Virus record (IMG/VR): IMGVR_UViG_3300005537_000022
Span: 1-64,000 of that record
Reading direction: 5' to 3' (one strand)
From: a virus
Length of the DNA: 64,000 nucleotides
The position numbers and the translations under genes are program-made. The notes under the pieces are model-generated. The model saw only the letters and a program-made list of their open reading frames with translations, did no database searches and was not told the origin of the DNA. Of the stretch, positions 35,975 to 45,719 are shown piece after piece; within the stretch, counting starts at the first letter, position 1; each line of letters begins with the position of its first letter.

Positions 35975-36706
35975 CTATGCCACCCCCGTCAGCAGCGGCC
36001 CCGAGTAGGACAGGGTGCGCTTCGCGACCGCGTACCCGTTCGCCGACTGGCCCGCGGTGTATTCCTGGCTGCCGGTGAGCAGGCCGGCCGTGTAAGTGAG
36101 CCACGTCCACCGGGCGCCGGAGTCCTCCCACGTCCCGGCGAGCGGCAGCAGGGGCGACTGGTCCCAGACCTGGTACGTGAGCCCGTACGGCTGGGCGGTC
36201 CACGTCGCCCCGTCCGGTGAGGTCGACGCGCCGGAGGACTGGTTGGACTGGTGCCAGCCGTACCAGTCGCCGGAATCGCCCGTTTCCTGGGCGACGATCC
36301 AGTACCGGGTGCCCGCGACCAGGCCGGTGAAGGGCAGCGGGACCGGTATCCACCCGTAGGAGCCGGCGGCGAACTCTTTCGGGAGTGCCGCCTGCGACAG
36401 GATCGTGCCGGACGGGGCGCCGGAGCCGTTATCGGTTTGCAGGGTGAGCGGCCAGGGGGGCGGGGAGCCGGTGACCGCGGCGTATACCTCCACGTAGCCG
36501 GCCTGGTTATGGCCGAGGGCCGCGGTGAACGACTGGGCGTACCAGGCGGCATTGGACTGCTCGCCCGTGCCGCCGGCCGTCGCCTGGGATACGGCGAGCG
36601 CCCCCTGGTAGAGGTAGGTGACGGTGTGGGAGGCGAGGAACTGGTTGACCTGTCCCGCCTCGCCGGGGTACCCGGTGGTGGCGGCGAGCCATGTCGGGGC
36701 CGGCAT
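35975..36706 (-). CDS. minor tail protein
   Basis: AQSF..LQTDNGSGAPSG..GLVAGTRYWIV; paralogous to the ends of the 31631-33556 protein. Confidence 0.7.
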   Translation of the reverse strand: MPAPTWLAATTGYPGEAGQVNQFLASHTVTYLYQGALAVSQATAGGTGEQSNAAWYAQSFTAALGHNQAGYVEVYAAVTGSPPPWPLTLQTDNGSGAPSGTILSQAALPKEFAAGSYGWIPVPLPFTGLVAGTRYWIVAQETGDSGDWYGWHQSNQSSGASTSPDGATWTAQPYGLTYQVWDQSPLLPLAGTWEDSGARWTWLTYTAGLLTGSQEYTAGQSANGYAVAKRTLSYSGPLLTGVA

Positions 36707-36738
36707 CCGCTCACCGCCTCGCGTGGGATGCTGTCGGG

Positions 36739-37050
36739 ATGAGCCCTGTCACTGTCTTCGGCGCAACGGCCGATCCTGACGAGCTGCGCGAGATCGCCGC
36801 GCTGGCCGGCGCTGGCCGCTCACCCGGGCTGGCTGAGCGGCTGGCCGTCTATGGCCTCAAAACCACGCCCGCCGTCGACAGGAACGGCAACTACGGGCCG
36901 GCCGGGATGTTCCTGGTGGCGGCCCCTCCCGGCGGCGCGGCCTTCGTGTCCGAGGGATTCTGCCCGGACTGCCGGGTGCCGCTCGCAGGCGACGCGCGCA
37001 ACTGGTGCCCGTCATGCACGGCCACCTGGCACCGGGCGCCGCGCGCCTAG
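36739..37050 (+). CDS. antisense-oriented small Zn-ribbon protein
   Basis: GATGCT-N6-ATG; CPDC..CPSC; fills the gap exactly. Confidence 0.6.
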   Translation: MSPVTVFGATADPDELREIAALAGAGRSPGLAERLAVYGLKTTPAVDRNGNYGPAGMFLVAAPPGGAAFVSEGFCPDCRVPLAGDARNWCPSCTATWHRAPRA

Positions 37051-37637
37051 CTGCCCGCGACGCTGAGGGCCACCTGCAAGAGCACGGTATCCGGCGACGT
37101 GACGGTCACCGGCGACCCGAGCGCGTAATGGTCGAGCATCGTCCCGCTCCCCGCCGATGAATTCGCGCCGGCGAACACCCCGGCCTCGGCGACCGTCCAC
37201 GGCGAACTCGGGGGCGGGAAGTAGAACAGCCACGTCACCAGCGCCGGGATCGACGGGGTCGCCGGCGAGTACGCCCCGGCCCCCACGGTTTCCCGTCCGA
37301 GCTCGGCGTACAGCGCGGTATCGGACGCGGCCGGGGTGCCGGTCCCGGACCCGACGGCCCCGTACAGCGGGGTCAGGTACGTCGCGGCGGTGACGCCGAG
37401 GTTCGCGGCCTGGTCCTGGATCCCGGACCATGCGAGGGCGGCGGCGAACGCGGTCAGCCCGTTCGTGCAGGTCACGTTGTCGCCCTCGCACCGGGCGGTG
37501 ACGGCCTCCGGCGGCGGGCTCAGCACGGCGCGGATGTCGCGGCGGTGCGCGCCCAGCCATGCGCCGTTGACGGCGGTGACCGTGATCCGGGCGTGCAGGC
37601 CGAGGGACGCGCCGGAGCGCGCACGGCTCAAGACCAT
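37047..37637 (-). CDS. minor tail protein
   Basis: N..TNG, AVGSGT.TP..DT.L..E..R, EAGVF motifs typical of tail/baseplate proteins. Confidence 0.75.
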   Translation of the reverse strand: MVLSRARSGASLGLHARITVTAVNGAWLGAHRRDIRAVLSPPPEAVTARCEGDNVTCTNGLTAFAAALAWSGIQDQAANLGVTAATYLTPLYGAVGSGTGTPAASDTALYAELGRETVGAGAYSPATPSIPALVTWLFYFPPPSSPWTVAEAGVFAGANSSAGSGTMLDHYALGSPVTVTSPDTVLLQVALSVAGS

Positions 37638-37843
37638 ATGAACTGCCCCCACTGGCCTGCGTCCCAGGCCGGGCTGACCTGGGCCGTCACTGTCGCGGAG
37701 TCGGTGATGCCGAGGGTCTCGTCGGCCTCGGTGAAGTGCCCGGTGCCGGTCGCGGTCGTGTCCCCCGCCGTGGCCGCGCCGATCTGGTCCGACAGGGAGC
37801 CGAACACGTCGGCGAACGAGTACGGGCGGAACACGCCGGGCAA
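37628..37843 (-). CDS. small tail protein
   Basis: ends WDAGQWGQFIWS; GGGGGT RBS. Confidence 0.6.
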   Translation of the reverse strand: MPGVFRPYSFADVFGSLSDQIGAATAGDTTATGTGHFTEADETLGITDSATVTAQVSPAWDAGQWGQFIWS

Positions 37844-37870
37844 GGCACACCCCCCGGCCGGACTGCCTGA

Positions 37871-39262
37871 TCAAAGCCGGATCCCGGTTATCTGGCAGGT
37901 CCGGTAGCCGGCCTCGCCGAAAGTGACCTGGTTGGCGATGGCGATGAACGTGTCGTTGATTCCCCACGCCGACCGCTGCACGTCGTAGACAAGCGGCGTG
38001 TCGAGGGTGAACGTCTGCCCGGCCCGCACCCACCCCACCCAGTCCGGGGAGGTGTTGAACGTGACCCGCTCAGCGATGAACGCGTACTCGGTGCGGTCCT
38101 GCATCGCCCTGGCGAGCGCCATCGGCATCGACGTGAGCGACGAGTCCGAGATGTACTCGGCGTACACGCCCCCGTTCGGCCCCGTGTAGGCCGCCTGGGA
38201 CGCGGCGTCGTTCGCCTGGGCGATGACCGGCACCTCGTAGGAGTACCAGGCCTCGATCACCGTGCCGGCCGCCGGGGGGAACTCTGCGACGAGGAACCAG
38301 CCGCCGCCCGCGTTCTGCACGATGGACCACGGCCCGGACGGCGCCTTCCCCGACGATTCGACGGTGACCGCGGTCGCGGCGCCCCCCACGTACAGGGCCG
38401 GGGCGGGCGAGGATGACACCGTGTACCGCAGCGGCCACGACGCGGCCGTCCCGTCCGCCCGCCACGTGTCCGTCGGCCCGGACGCGTACGACCACCGGAT
38501 CACCTGGGTGGCGCCCTGCACCAGCACCCGGTTGCGGACGGAGGTGCCGTCGTACTCGTAGGCGAACTGGGAGTCGTTCAGGACGTGGCCCTCGTACAGC
38601 GATCCCATCGTCGTCGGCGACGTGGTGAAGGTGACGCCGGAGTCCTGTGCCGTGGACTGGTCGTAGAAGTGGAGCCGGCGGAACTCGTCGACGTACCAGC
38701 CGTAGGGGGTGACCTGTCCCATGGCGGCGGCCAGGGTCCGCCACGCCCCCGACAGGGTGGTGTAGCCGGAGGTCCACTGGGGGAGCGCGGGGCCGGGGGC
38801 GACGTAGCCGCCGGCGGCGTAGGCGACGGCGGTGATGCCGCAGCCGGCCCCGTTGGTGAGGGCGATCACGATCTGGTCCCCGGCCTGCACTGATGACGGG
38901 GGCCAGCGGACGATCGCGTTGTCCGCGTAGGCCGTGTAATCGGTGCAGTTCAGGTACCATTCGTTGCGGTTCGGGCCGTCCGGGCGGAGCACCGGCTTGG
39001 TGATCACCCCGGCGAACAGCGTCTGCCCCGCCGTCGTGTCGTGGAGCTTCACCTGGGACATGGCCGGGATCTCGATGGCCGGGGTCCCGGAGTGCTCCTC
39101 GACGAGCGTGAGCGCCGCCGTGTCGCCCTGCCGGCCGAACGACTGGGTGATCGTGCATCCCTGGTCCGCCCCGTCGTACGCCAGGTACTGCGTGTAGTAC
39201 GACGTGGAGCCGCCCGGCGGGGTGACCGCGAGCTGCACGTCCGGCAGGGGGATGCCCGGCAC
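37871..39262 (-). CDS. baseplate hub/distal tail-like protein
   Basis: directly after tape measure; LFAG.I, WYVD..R.LHF, NRVLVQG motifs. Confidence 0.8.
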   Translation of the reverse strand: MPGIPLPDVQLAVTPPGGSTSYYTQYLAYDGADQGCTITQSFGRQGDTAALTLVEEHSGTPAIEIPAMSQVKLHDTTAGQTLFAGVITKPVLRPDGPNRNEWYLNCTDYTAYADNAIVRWPPSSVQAGDQIVIALTNGAGCGITAVAYAAGGYVAPGPALPQWTSGYTTLSGAWRTLAAAMGQVTPYGWYVDEFRRLHFYDQSTAQDSGVTFTTSPTTMGSLYEGHVLNDSQFAYEYDGTSVRNRVLVQGATQVIRWSYASGPTDTWRADGTAASWPLRYTVSSSPAPALYVGGAATAVTVESSGKAPSGPWSIVQNAGGGWFLVAEFPPAAGTVIEAWYSYEVPVIAQANDAASQAAYTGPNGGVYAEYISDSSLTSMPMALARAMQDRTEYAFIAERVTFNTSPDWVGWVRAGQTFTLDTPLVYDVQRSAWGINDTFIAIANQVTFGEAGYRTCQITGIRL

Positions 39263-39263
39263 G

Positions 39264-42200
39264 TCAGCCCCTGATGCTGATCTTGCGGCCGGCGGCGGGC
39301 AGGAGCTGCGACGCGACCTGCCTGCCGATCTTCGCGGTCAGCTTGTCGATGTCGGAGTCGGACATGACGGTGTTGCCGTGCACGTCGATCACCACCGTTA
39401 TCCCGCCGCCGCCCCCGTAGCCGCCGCCTGCCGGGGCGACGGCGGAGGCCGCCAGCGCCGACCCTGCCGCGGCGCCGCCCGCGCCCAGCCCCGCCGTGGC
39501 CGACAGGGCGCTGCCCGCGACCCGGCGCGCCGCGCCGAGGATGTACGGGATGGAGGCGATGAGCCCGTTCCCGAGGCCCATGCCGAGGTACATGCCGTGC
39601 GGGTAGGTTTTCTTCGACGGGGAGGAGATGCCGAGCGCCGACCCGATGCCGCTGATGATCGACGACGCGAATCCCTCGATCTTGGACATCAGCCAGCCGG
39701 CCGCCCCGGAGATCCCGTTCCAGATGCCCTGCACGATGCCGGCGCCGATGGACACCATCTGCCCCGGGAGGCCGGACAGCCAGCCGAGGATCTTGCCGGG
39801 CAGCGACGAGTACCAGGCCAGGAACCTCGTCCCGGCGTTCCAGACCGCAGACGCGGCCCCGGCGATCCACCGGCCGAACATGCCCGGCAGGCCGGTGAAC
39901 CAGGAGAGCACGTGCTGCACGAACTGGACGCCGTCGGAGAACCAGTGCTTGATGTCGTCCCAGTGCCTGACGATCTGCGTGACGGCCAGGCCGAGCGGCC
40001 CGGCGACCAGCCCGACGATCAGCGTCCAATGCGACTTGACGAAAGATATTACGTCAGAGATAATTTTCGAAATAAAGTCGTAGACATCATCCCACGCGAC
40101 CTCGACGCCGTGCACGATATCGTGCCAGTGCGTGACGATCTCGTAGACGGCGCCGGCGACGGCGGCGACCACGAGCCCGATCCCGAGCAGCATCACCGCG
40201 TTCGCCGCCACCCACGCCGCTGCCGTGGCCAGGGCCCCGGCGATGTTCCCCGCGACGACGACCGCGACCTTCGCCAGGCTCTGCGCTGCCCAGACCGCGC
40301 CCTGGACGGCCATCCCGGCCGCCGACGCCGCCCACGAAGCCGCCGTCGCAGCGGCCCCGGCGACGTTCCGCGCCACGACCACGGCGACCTTCGCGACGGA
40401 CTGCGCCGCCCAGGAAACGCCGGCCGCGGCCTGCTGCCCCATGGACGCCAGCCACGACGACGACGACTCCGCCGCGCCCTCCTCGTTCGCGACGGCGACC
40501 GCCCCCGCGTCGGCCTCCTGCTCGGCCGCCGCCGCGTCCGCCGCGGCGGCCTGCTCGCCGGAGGACTCCCCGGAGATGATCCCGAGCTTCTTCAGCAGGC
40601 CCATCGCCGCATTGGCGGCCTTGCCGACGTCGTCGATGGCGCCCTTGACCGCCTTGTAGGCTTTCGCGGCCCCGGCGATCACCGCGATCGTCGCGGCGAT
40701 CGCGGCCACGCCGACGAACAGGATCTCGGTCAGCGTCTTGTTCTTCGCCGTCCACTCGGCGATCGGGATGACCACCTTCGTGACCGCCGACAGGATGGCG
40801 GTCACCGCAGGGAGGAGCGCGGTGCCGATCGCGATCCCGGTGTTCTCCACCCCGGTCTTCGCCTGGTCGAGCTTGAAGTTGAACGTGGACTGGATCTTGC
40901 CCCAGTTGTCGACGGTGTCGCCGCCCTTGCGGGCCGCCGCCGCCACGGTCGCCGCGTTGTGCTGGAACGTCGACAGCCGGCCGCCGGTCAGCATCAGGGC
41001 GGTGGTCAGCCCGGTGGTGCCGCCCATCGCCTTGTACATGGCCTGCGTGTACGTCTGGCCCAGTGCCCCGGAGTGCTGCTTCGCCGCCGTGGCGACCATG
41101 TTCAGGGTGGCGGCCAGGCCCCGCTTGCCCATGTTCTTCGACAGGTCCGTGGCGGACAGGCCGAGCGCGCCCAGTTCCTTCTGCGCGACCTTATTCGGCG
41201 ACTGGAGCGAGAGAATCGTGTGCCGTAGGTCCTGCGTGGCTTGCTGGGCGGACATGTTCTGCGCCGTCATCGTGGCCAGCGCGCCGCCCACGTCGGAGAA
41301 GCGGATCTTCGCGGCGGCGGCGACCGGGGCGACGTTGCCGAGCGAGGACGCGAGATCCTGCATCCGCATGTCGCCCGCGCCCACGGTGGCGATGAGCTGG
41401 TTCATCATCGACGCCGCGTAATGCGTCTGCTTCCCGGCGTTGCTGCTGGTCATGCCGTAGGCGTTGAGGGTGCCGGTGAGGGTCTTGCCGATCGTGTCGA
41501 GGTCGGCGCCGCCGACCCGCGCGCCCTCGGCGGCGATCTTCAGCACGGCCAGGCCCTGCGCCCCGTGATAGCCGGCGCTCTCCACGTGATACATGGCGGC
41601 GGTGATCGCCTCGGCTGAGGTGCCGGTTGCCGTGGACACGTTCAGGATCCCGGCCCGGACCATGGCGAGGTTCCCCTGGGTCTCGCCCGCGTCCGTCACG
41701 AGATGCTGCGTGGAGTCCTGGAAGTTGCCGGCCGCCTTGACCATCACGCCGGCGGCGACCCCGAGGCCCAGCGCCATGATCCCGGCGATCTTCCCGGCCT
41801 TGCCGAAGCTGGCGCCCGACTTCTCGCCCGCCTTGCCGGCCCGGGTCTGCGCGGCGGCGGCCTCGTCGTTCTTCGCCGCTACCGCCTTGGCGGTGTCCGC
41901 CTGGAGCTTCTCCGCACCGGAGAGGGTCTTCTGCGCGGCGGCGTTCTCCTTGGACGCGGCGGCGAGCCGTTCGTTCGCCTCCATGAGCCGGTACTGCGCG
42001 GCGACGTCGTCGTCCGCGGCCCCGGCCGCTGCCTGGTGCGCTTCCAGGAGGCCGCGCTCGGCGTCGGCCTGCTCTTCCGCCGTCCGGGTGGCCCTTTCCT
42101 GGGCCGCGCTCACCCTCGCGGAGGCCAGTTCCAGCGCGTCGGCACCGGAGGCGGTCTTGAGCAGCGACTCGTCGATCGAGTCGCCGGCGCCCTTCGCGGC

Positions 42201-42323
42201 GCCCGCGGCACGCTCGGCGGTGCCGGCGAACTTGTCGAGGGACTCGTCGACCTTCGCGAAGATCTCCGACGCCCGGTCGCGGGCCTCGAGGATCGCCAGG
42301 AGCGTGAAGGACTCGGCACCCAC
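39264..42323 (-). CDS. tape measure protein (TP901 family core)
   Basis: 1019 aa Ala-rich helical; VGAGDMRMQDLA..LG.V.P core; W-spaced repeats. Confidence 0.92.
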   Translation of the reverse strand: MGAESFTLLAILEARDRASEIFAKVDESLDKFAGTAERAAGAAKGAGDSIDESLLKTASGADALELASARVSAAQERATRTAEEQADAERGLLEAHQAAAGAADDDVAAQYRLMEANERLAAASKENAAAQKTLSGAEKLQADTAKAVAAKNDEAAAAQTRAGKAGEKSGASFGKAGKIAGIMALGLGVAAGVMVKAAGNFQDSTQHLVTDAGETQGNLAMVRAGILNVSTATGTSAEAITAAMYHVESAGYHGAQGLAVLKIAAEGARVGGADLDTIGKTLTGTLNAYGMTSSNAGKQTHYAASMMNQLIATVGAGDMRMQDLASSLGNVAPVAAAAKIRFSDVGGALATMTAQNMSAQQATQDLRHTILSLQSPNKVAQKELGALGLSATDLSKNMGKRGLAATLNMVATAAKQHSGALGQTYTQAMYKAMGGTTGLTTALMLTGGRLSTFQHNAATVAAAARKGGDTVDNWGKIQSTFNFKLDQAKTGVENTGIAIGTALLPAVTAILSAVTKVVIPIAEWTAKNKTLTEILFVGVAAIAATIAVIAGAAKAYKAVKGAIDDVGKAANAAMGLLKKLGIISGESSGEQAAAADAAAAEQEADAGAVAVANEEGAAESSSSWLASMGQQAAAGVSWAAQSVAKVAVVVARNVAGAAATAASWAASAAGMAVQGAVWAAQSLAKVAVVVAGNIAGALATAAAWVAANAVMLLGIGLVVAAVAGAVYEIVTHWHDIVHGVEVAWDDVYDFISKIISDVISFVKSHWTLIVGLVAGPLGLAVTQIVRHWDDIKHWFSDGVQFVQHVLSWFTGLPGMFGRWIAGAASAVWNAGTRFLAWYSSLPGKILGWLSGLPGQMVSIGAGIVQGIWNGISGAAGWLMSKIEGFASSIISGIGSALGISSPSKKTYPHGMYLGMGLGNGLIASIPYILGAARRVAGSALSATAGLGAGGAAAGSALAASAVAPAGGGYGGGGGITVVIDVHGNTVMSDSDIDKLTAKIGRQVASQLLPAAGRKISIRG

Positions 42324-42342
42324 GGGGGATCACCCCCGCCCG

Positions 42343-42567
42343 CTAGCGACCGCCGCCGGCCCGCGCCCGCGCGGCCCTTGCCTGCTCCTCGCGGCGGATC
42401 AGCGAGATGAACAGGGCGTAGTCGTCGATCTCGCGGCGGGGCCTGTTCTCCAGGTCGTCCCGCGTCCAGCCGAGTTCCCTCCAGAACTCACGCTGGATCA
42501 GGAACGCCGTAAGCTGCGGCGGGCCCTCCGTCCCCATCCGGATCGCCGCCGAGGTCCTCGCCAGGAA
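42343..42567 (-). CDS. tail assembly chaperone, frameshifted extension (gpT-like)
   Basis: LGWT.DDLENRP motif; overlaps the chaperone ORF in the +1 frame. Confidence 0.7.
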   Translation of the reverse strand, partial: FLARTSAAIRMGTEGPPQLTAFLIQREFWRELGWTRDDLENRPRREIDDYALFISLIRREEQARAARARAGGGR

Positions 42568-42961
42568 ACTGGGCCGCTTCCTTGGAACTGCGCGGCCCGT
42601 TGAGGTCGTCGCACACCTCGTAGACCTCCATGCGCACGGCTACGGGAAGGGCGGCGATCGCCTTGCGCTTTTCCTTCTCCGGCTCCAGGGGCCACGGGGT
42701 GCCGTCCGGCCACGGGGCGCCGTCCAGGTTCCAGGCCGTGACCGACTGGAAGAGCATCTCTTCCTGGGCGCTGCGCGGGTCGACCGTGATCGTCTGCGTG
42801 CCGCCGTCGACCCTGACCGCCATGCGCCCGGTGCCGAGGTGCCTCTCGACGGGGGCGTACTCGGCACTGGAAAGGGCGCGCTTGACTTCGATCCAGTAGC
42901 CGCCGGGGAGGTCGATGCGCTCCGTGCCGCCGTATCCGGCGGCATCGAGGAAACCTGGCAT
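42488..42961 (-). CDS. tail assembly chaperone (gpG-like)
   Basis: between tail tube and tape measure; V.AWNL.G motif. Confidence 0.8.
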   Translation of the reverse strand: MPGFLDAAGYGGTERIDLPGGYWIEVKRALSSAEYAPVERHLGTGRMAVRVDGGTQTITVDPRSAQEEMLFQSVTAWNLDGAPWPDGTPWPLEPEKEKRKAIAALPVAVRMEVYEVCDDLNGPRSSKEAAQFPGEDLGGDPDGDGGPAAAYGVPDPA

Positions 42962-42984
42962 TTATCGCCTTTCGCGGTCGCGGG

Positions 42985-43959
42985 TTAGTAGGGGGTGGTT
43001 ACGCCGTTGGTGATCACGGCCTGCACCGTGTACTGGGAGCCGCCCGTCAGCGGCCTGGACGCCTCGAACGCGAGCGTCGACATGACGACGTCTTCGAGCT
43101 TCACGTCGGGCGCCACCTTGGTGAGCGCGACCTGCGGGAGGGTGAACGCCACCGAGTAGCCGCCGCCGCCGGGGTGGGTGAACGACAGGGCCAGGGCGCC
43201 GAGGGTGCCGTTCACCATCGTCGTGAAGTCGCCGTAGGTGGAATCGGTGAGCGACGACCAGACGACGTCGATCGTGCCGCTGGCCTTGACGGTCACCGGG
43301 GTGATGAAGCTGGGCCCGTGGTTGCCGGAGAACGTCCACGTCTCCTTGAGCCCGTTGTCGATTTCGAGCTGGATGCTGGAGACCTCGGCGCGGGCGTGGC
43401 TGTCGAGGGTGACCGACGCCTCGGAGAACACGAACGGCAGCTCGTTCGTGATGCTGACCGCGGTCGGGGTGGTGAGGGCGGTGACGGACTGGGCGGACAG
43501 GTCGGCGCTCACGGACACGGCCTCGTTGCCCGCCGCCGCCTTGACGGTCAGCTTCCCGACCTTGCAGCCGGCGAACTGGAGCGACTGGTAGCCGCCGATG
43601 TTCTTTTCCACGGTCAGCGAGGCGAGCGTGTTGGCCTGCGAGATCGTGTGGACGTACGGGCCGGTGCCGGTCACGGCGTCGGTGCCGACCGACGCCCTGA
43701 TCAGCGCCGCCGCGTTGGACGGGAACAGGGCGCCGTCGATGCTCCCGGTGCCCTTGGCTTCCCCGTACAGGTTGAAAACCTGCCTGTCGCGGACGTTCAT
43801 CATCAGGCCGGGAGAGAACCAGCCGGGGTCCCATTCCAGGCCGTTGGTGGTCATCGGCAGGAAGGTGGAGGCGGCCACGGGCACGCCGAAGGACGTTTCG
43901 ATGGCCAGCCCGGTGGCGGAAAGGGAACCGGCGCGCTCGGTGATGGTCGGGAACGGCAC
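42985..43959 (-). CDS. major tail (tube) protein
   Basis: GLAIETSFG, SLTVEK, FAGCKV..L motifs; AAGGAGG RBS. Confidence 0.88.
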   Translation of the reverse strand: MPFPTITERAGSLSATGLAIETSFGVPVAASTFLPMTTNGLEWDPGWFSPGLMMNVRDRQVFNLYGEAKGTGSIDGALFPSNAAALIRASVGTDAVTGTGPYVHTISQANTLASLTVEKNIGGYQSLQFAGCKVGKLTVKAAAGNEAVSVSADLSAQSVTALTTPTAVSITNELPFVFSEASVTLDSHARAEVSSIQLEIDNGLKETWTFSGNHGPSFITPVTVKASGTIDVVWSSLTDSTYGDFTTMVNGTLGALALSFTHPGGGGYSVAFTLPQVALTKVAPDVKLEDVVMSTLAFEASRPLTGGSQYTVQAVITNGVTTPY

Positions 43960-43999
43960 GGATGCCTCCTTGCTCCGCCCACGGCGGCAGAATGGGCGG

Positions 44000-44470
44000 G
44001 TGAGCGAAGAACTGGCCGCGTGGCGGCAGGCGGAAGGCCGGCCTGGCGCGGAATGGGCGACCCCGCGCGAGGTGGCGCGCATCCGCGTTGAGGTCGCCTA
44101 CGGCGACGGGACCGCGATGACGTTCGCGGCCGACCGGCCGGAGAAAGCCGAGATCGACTTCGACTGGGCGCTTCCGGTCGCGCCGTTTCCCTGGGAGCCG
44201 CCGGCGCTCCAGGTCGCGCGGCCTCCTGTGCTCCGGGTGTCCGTCTCATTCGAGGCGCACCCGGCGCGGCCCGCGACCTCCGAGATCCGCACGGCGCCGG
44301 CTTGCGAAGCCCGGCTGACGGACAGGGAGCTACTTGACCCGGTCCTCGGCAGCCCCTGGATGCGCGCGCTCGCCGGGCGCGACCGGGAAGCGTGGGCCGC
44401 CACGGGCGACCTCATCGCGCAGGCGTTCGAGGCAGGCAAGTTCGCGGCCGGTCCCGGCAGGAAGCCGTGA
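44000..44470 (+). CDS. antisense cassette gene 1, hypothetical
   Basis: CAGAAT-N6-GTG; coupled to next gene. Confidence 0.6.
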   Translation: MSEELAAWRQAEGRPGAEWATPREVARIRVEVAYGDGTAMTFAADRPEKAEIDFDWALPVAPFPWEPPALQVARPPVLRVSVSFEAHPARPATSEIRTAPACEARLTDRELLDPVLGSPWMRALAGRDREAWAATGDLIAQAFEAGKFAAGPGRKP

Positions 44471-44874
44471 GTGATGCCAGCGGCCTGGCCAGGTTCTTCG
44501 CGGCCCGGCTGGACGACGACGCGCGCTACTGGCGCGTCATCAGTGAGGCGAGAGAACGCCGGTGGGCCAGCCCGAGCCCGAAAGACATCGCCGACGTGAC
44601 GGCACTGTTCCTTGACCTGCTGTCCGACCCGGCGGTTCTTGACGAGTGCGAGCGGTGGGAGGCAGTCCCCACGCCGAACGCGATAGAGAGGGGACTCGCT
44701 GACATCGAGGCCGACCGGGCGATCCTGGCCAGGTACGAGACGCTGCTGTGCCCGTCGTCGCCAGCCGACCGCCTGACGTTCCCGGCGCTGGCAGAGGCGG
44801 TCCTGGCGTGCATCCGCGACCGGGCGGCGAGGTACGCGGGGCACCCGGATTATGACGAGAGGTGGAAGCCGTGA
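44467..44874 (+). CDS. DUF6221-like protein
   Basis: L..F..ARLDDD...ADIEA.RAIL...YAGHPDYDERWKP. Confidence 0.75.
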   Translation: MSDASGLARFFAARLDDDARYWRVISEARERRWASPSPKDIADVTALFLDLLSDPAVLDECERWEAVPTPNAIERGLADIEADRAILARYETLLCPSSPADRLTFPALAEAVLACIRDRAARYAGHPDYDERWKP

Positions 44875-45218
44875 CCGCCACGTGGGACTGGCGCAAGCAC
44901 TACCGCCAGACGCTGGAGATCGAGAGCCCGCTGGCCACCTGCGGCGGGTGCCGGTTCACCACGGCGCTTTCCGGGACGTGGACAGTGGAGGACAGCAGGC
45001 TCGTGTTCCGCGCCGACCTGAACCCGCTGGCGAGACGGGGGCCGGGCATGGACTCCTGCTGCGAGGGAACCCACGAGGGCACCCCTTCCGGGGTGCTCGA
45101 TTTCCGGTACCTCACCGTGGACGGCAAGCCGCTGGGCGATGAAGAGTACGCGGCGCTCAAGGCGAGCGCGGCATCCCCGGAAGCACGGGAAGAGGAGATG
45201 GGACATGAGCGGCGGTAG
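44871..45218 (+). CDS. antisense cassette gene 3, hypothetical
   Basis: GTGA coupling. Confidence 0.55.
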   Translation: MTATWDWRKHYRQTLEIESPLATCGGCRFTTALSGTWTVEDSRLVFRADLNPLARRGPGMDSCCEGTHEGTPSGVLDFRYLTVDGKPLGDEEYAALKASAASPEAREEEMGHERR

Positions 45219-45510
45219 CTACAACTATCTCTACTGCCACGTCCGGGGCCTCGAAGGGCAGCGCGAGGACATCGAGAAGATGGAGCGCCGCCTCCAGTCG
45301 CACGGCTACTACGCGGCGGCGAGGTCAACCCGCGAGGTGCTGCGCGCCCTGGACGCCGCCGAGCGGATCGCGGAGAGCCTTGAGGATGTCTGGCTGGCGG
45401 TCGAATGGGCCGACTCGGGCGACAGCGGCGAGGAATCGGTGCGGAAGGCCGTGGAGGCGTTCAGTCCCTGGCCGCCCGAGGGCGGCGCGGCGGCCCCGCT
45501 GCCGGGCTAG
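45205..45510 (+). CDS. conserved phage hypothetical protein
   Basis: MSGGSYNYLY...VW.AVEW.DSGD motif. Confidence 0.7.
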   Translation: MSGGSYNYLYCHVRGLEGQREDIEKMERRLQSHGYYAAARSTREVLRALDAAERIAESLEDVWLAVEWADSGDSGEESVRKAVEAFSPWPPEGGAAAPLPG

Positions 45511-45719
45511 GCGGCCGGCTCCCCGTTCCCGCCCTGGCCCGGCACCGGGCGCTTGCGCCGGGCGGCTTCCGCCTCTTCGATGTCCGGCCTCCGCAGGTAG
45601 CGTTCCGCCTGGTCCTCCGGCACCTCGAACTCGTCCCCCGGTTCCAGGTGCCCGGCTTCGGTGAACGCCTGCGGGTGCGTCCCGGTGTACCTCAGCCGCA
45701 CTGTGCCGTCGCCGCTCAC
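45507..45719 (-). CDS. small virion-region protein
   Basis: LRYTG...PGDEFEVP motif; GTGA coupling. Confidence 0.6.
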   Translation of the reverse strand: MSGDGTVRLRYTGTHPQAFTEAGHLEPGDEFEVPEDQAERYLRRPDIEEAEAARRKRPVPGQGGNGEPAA

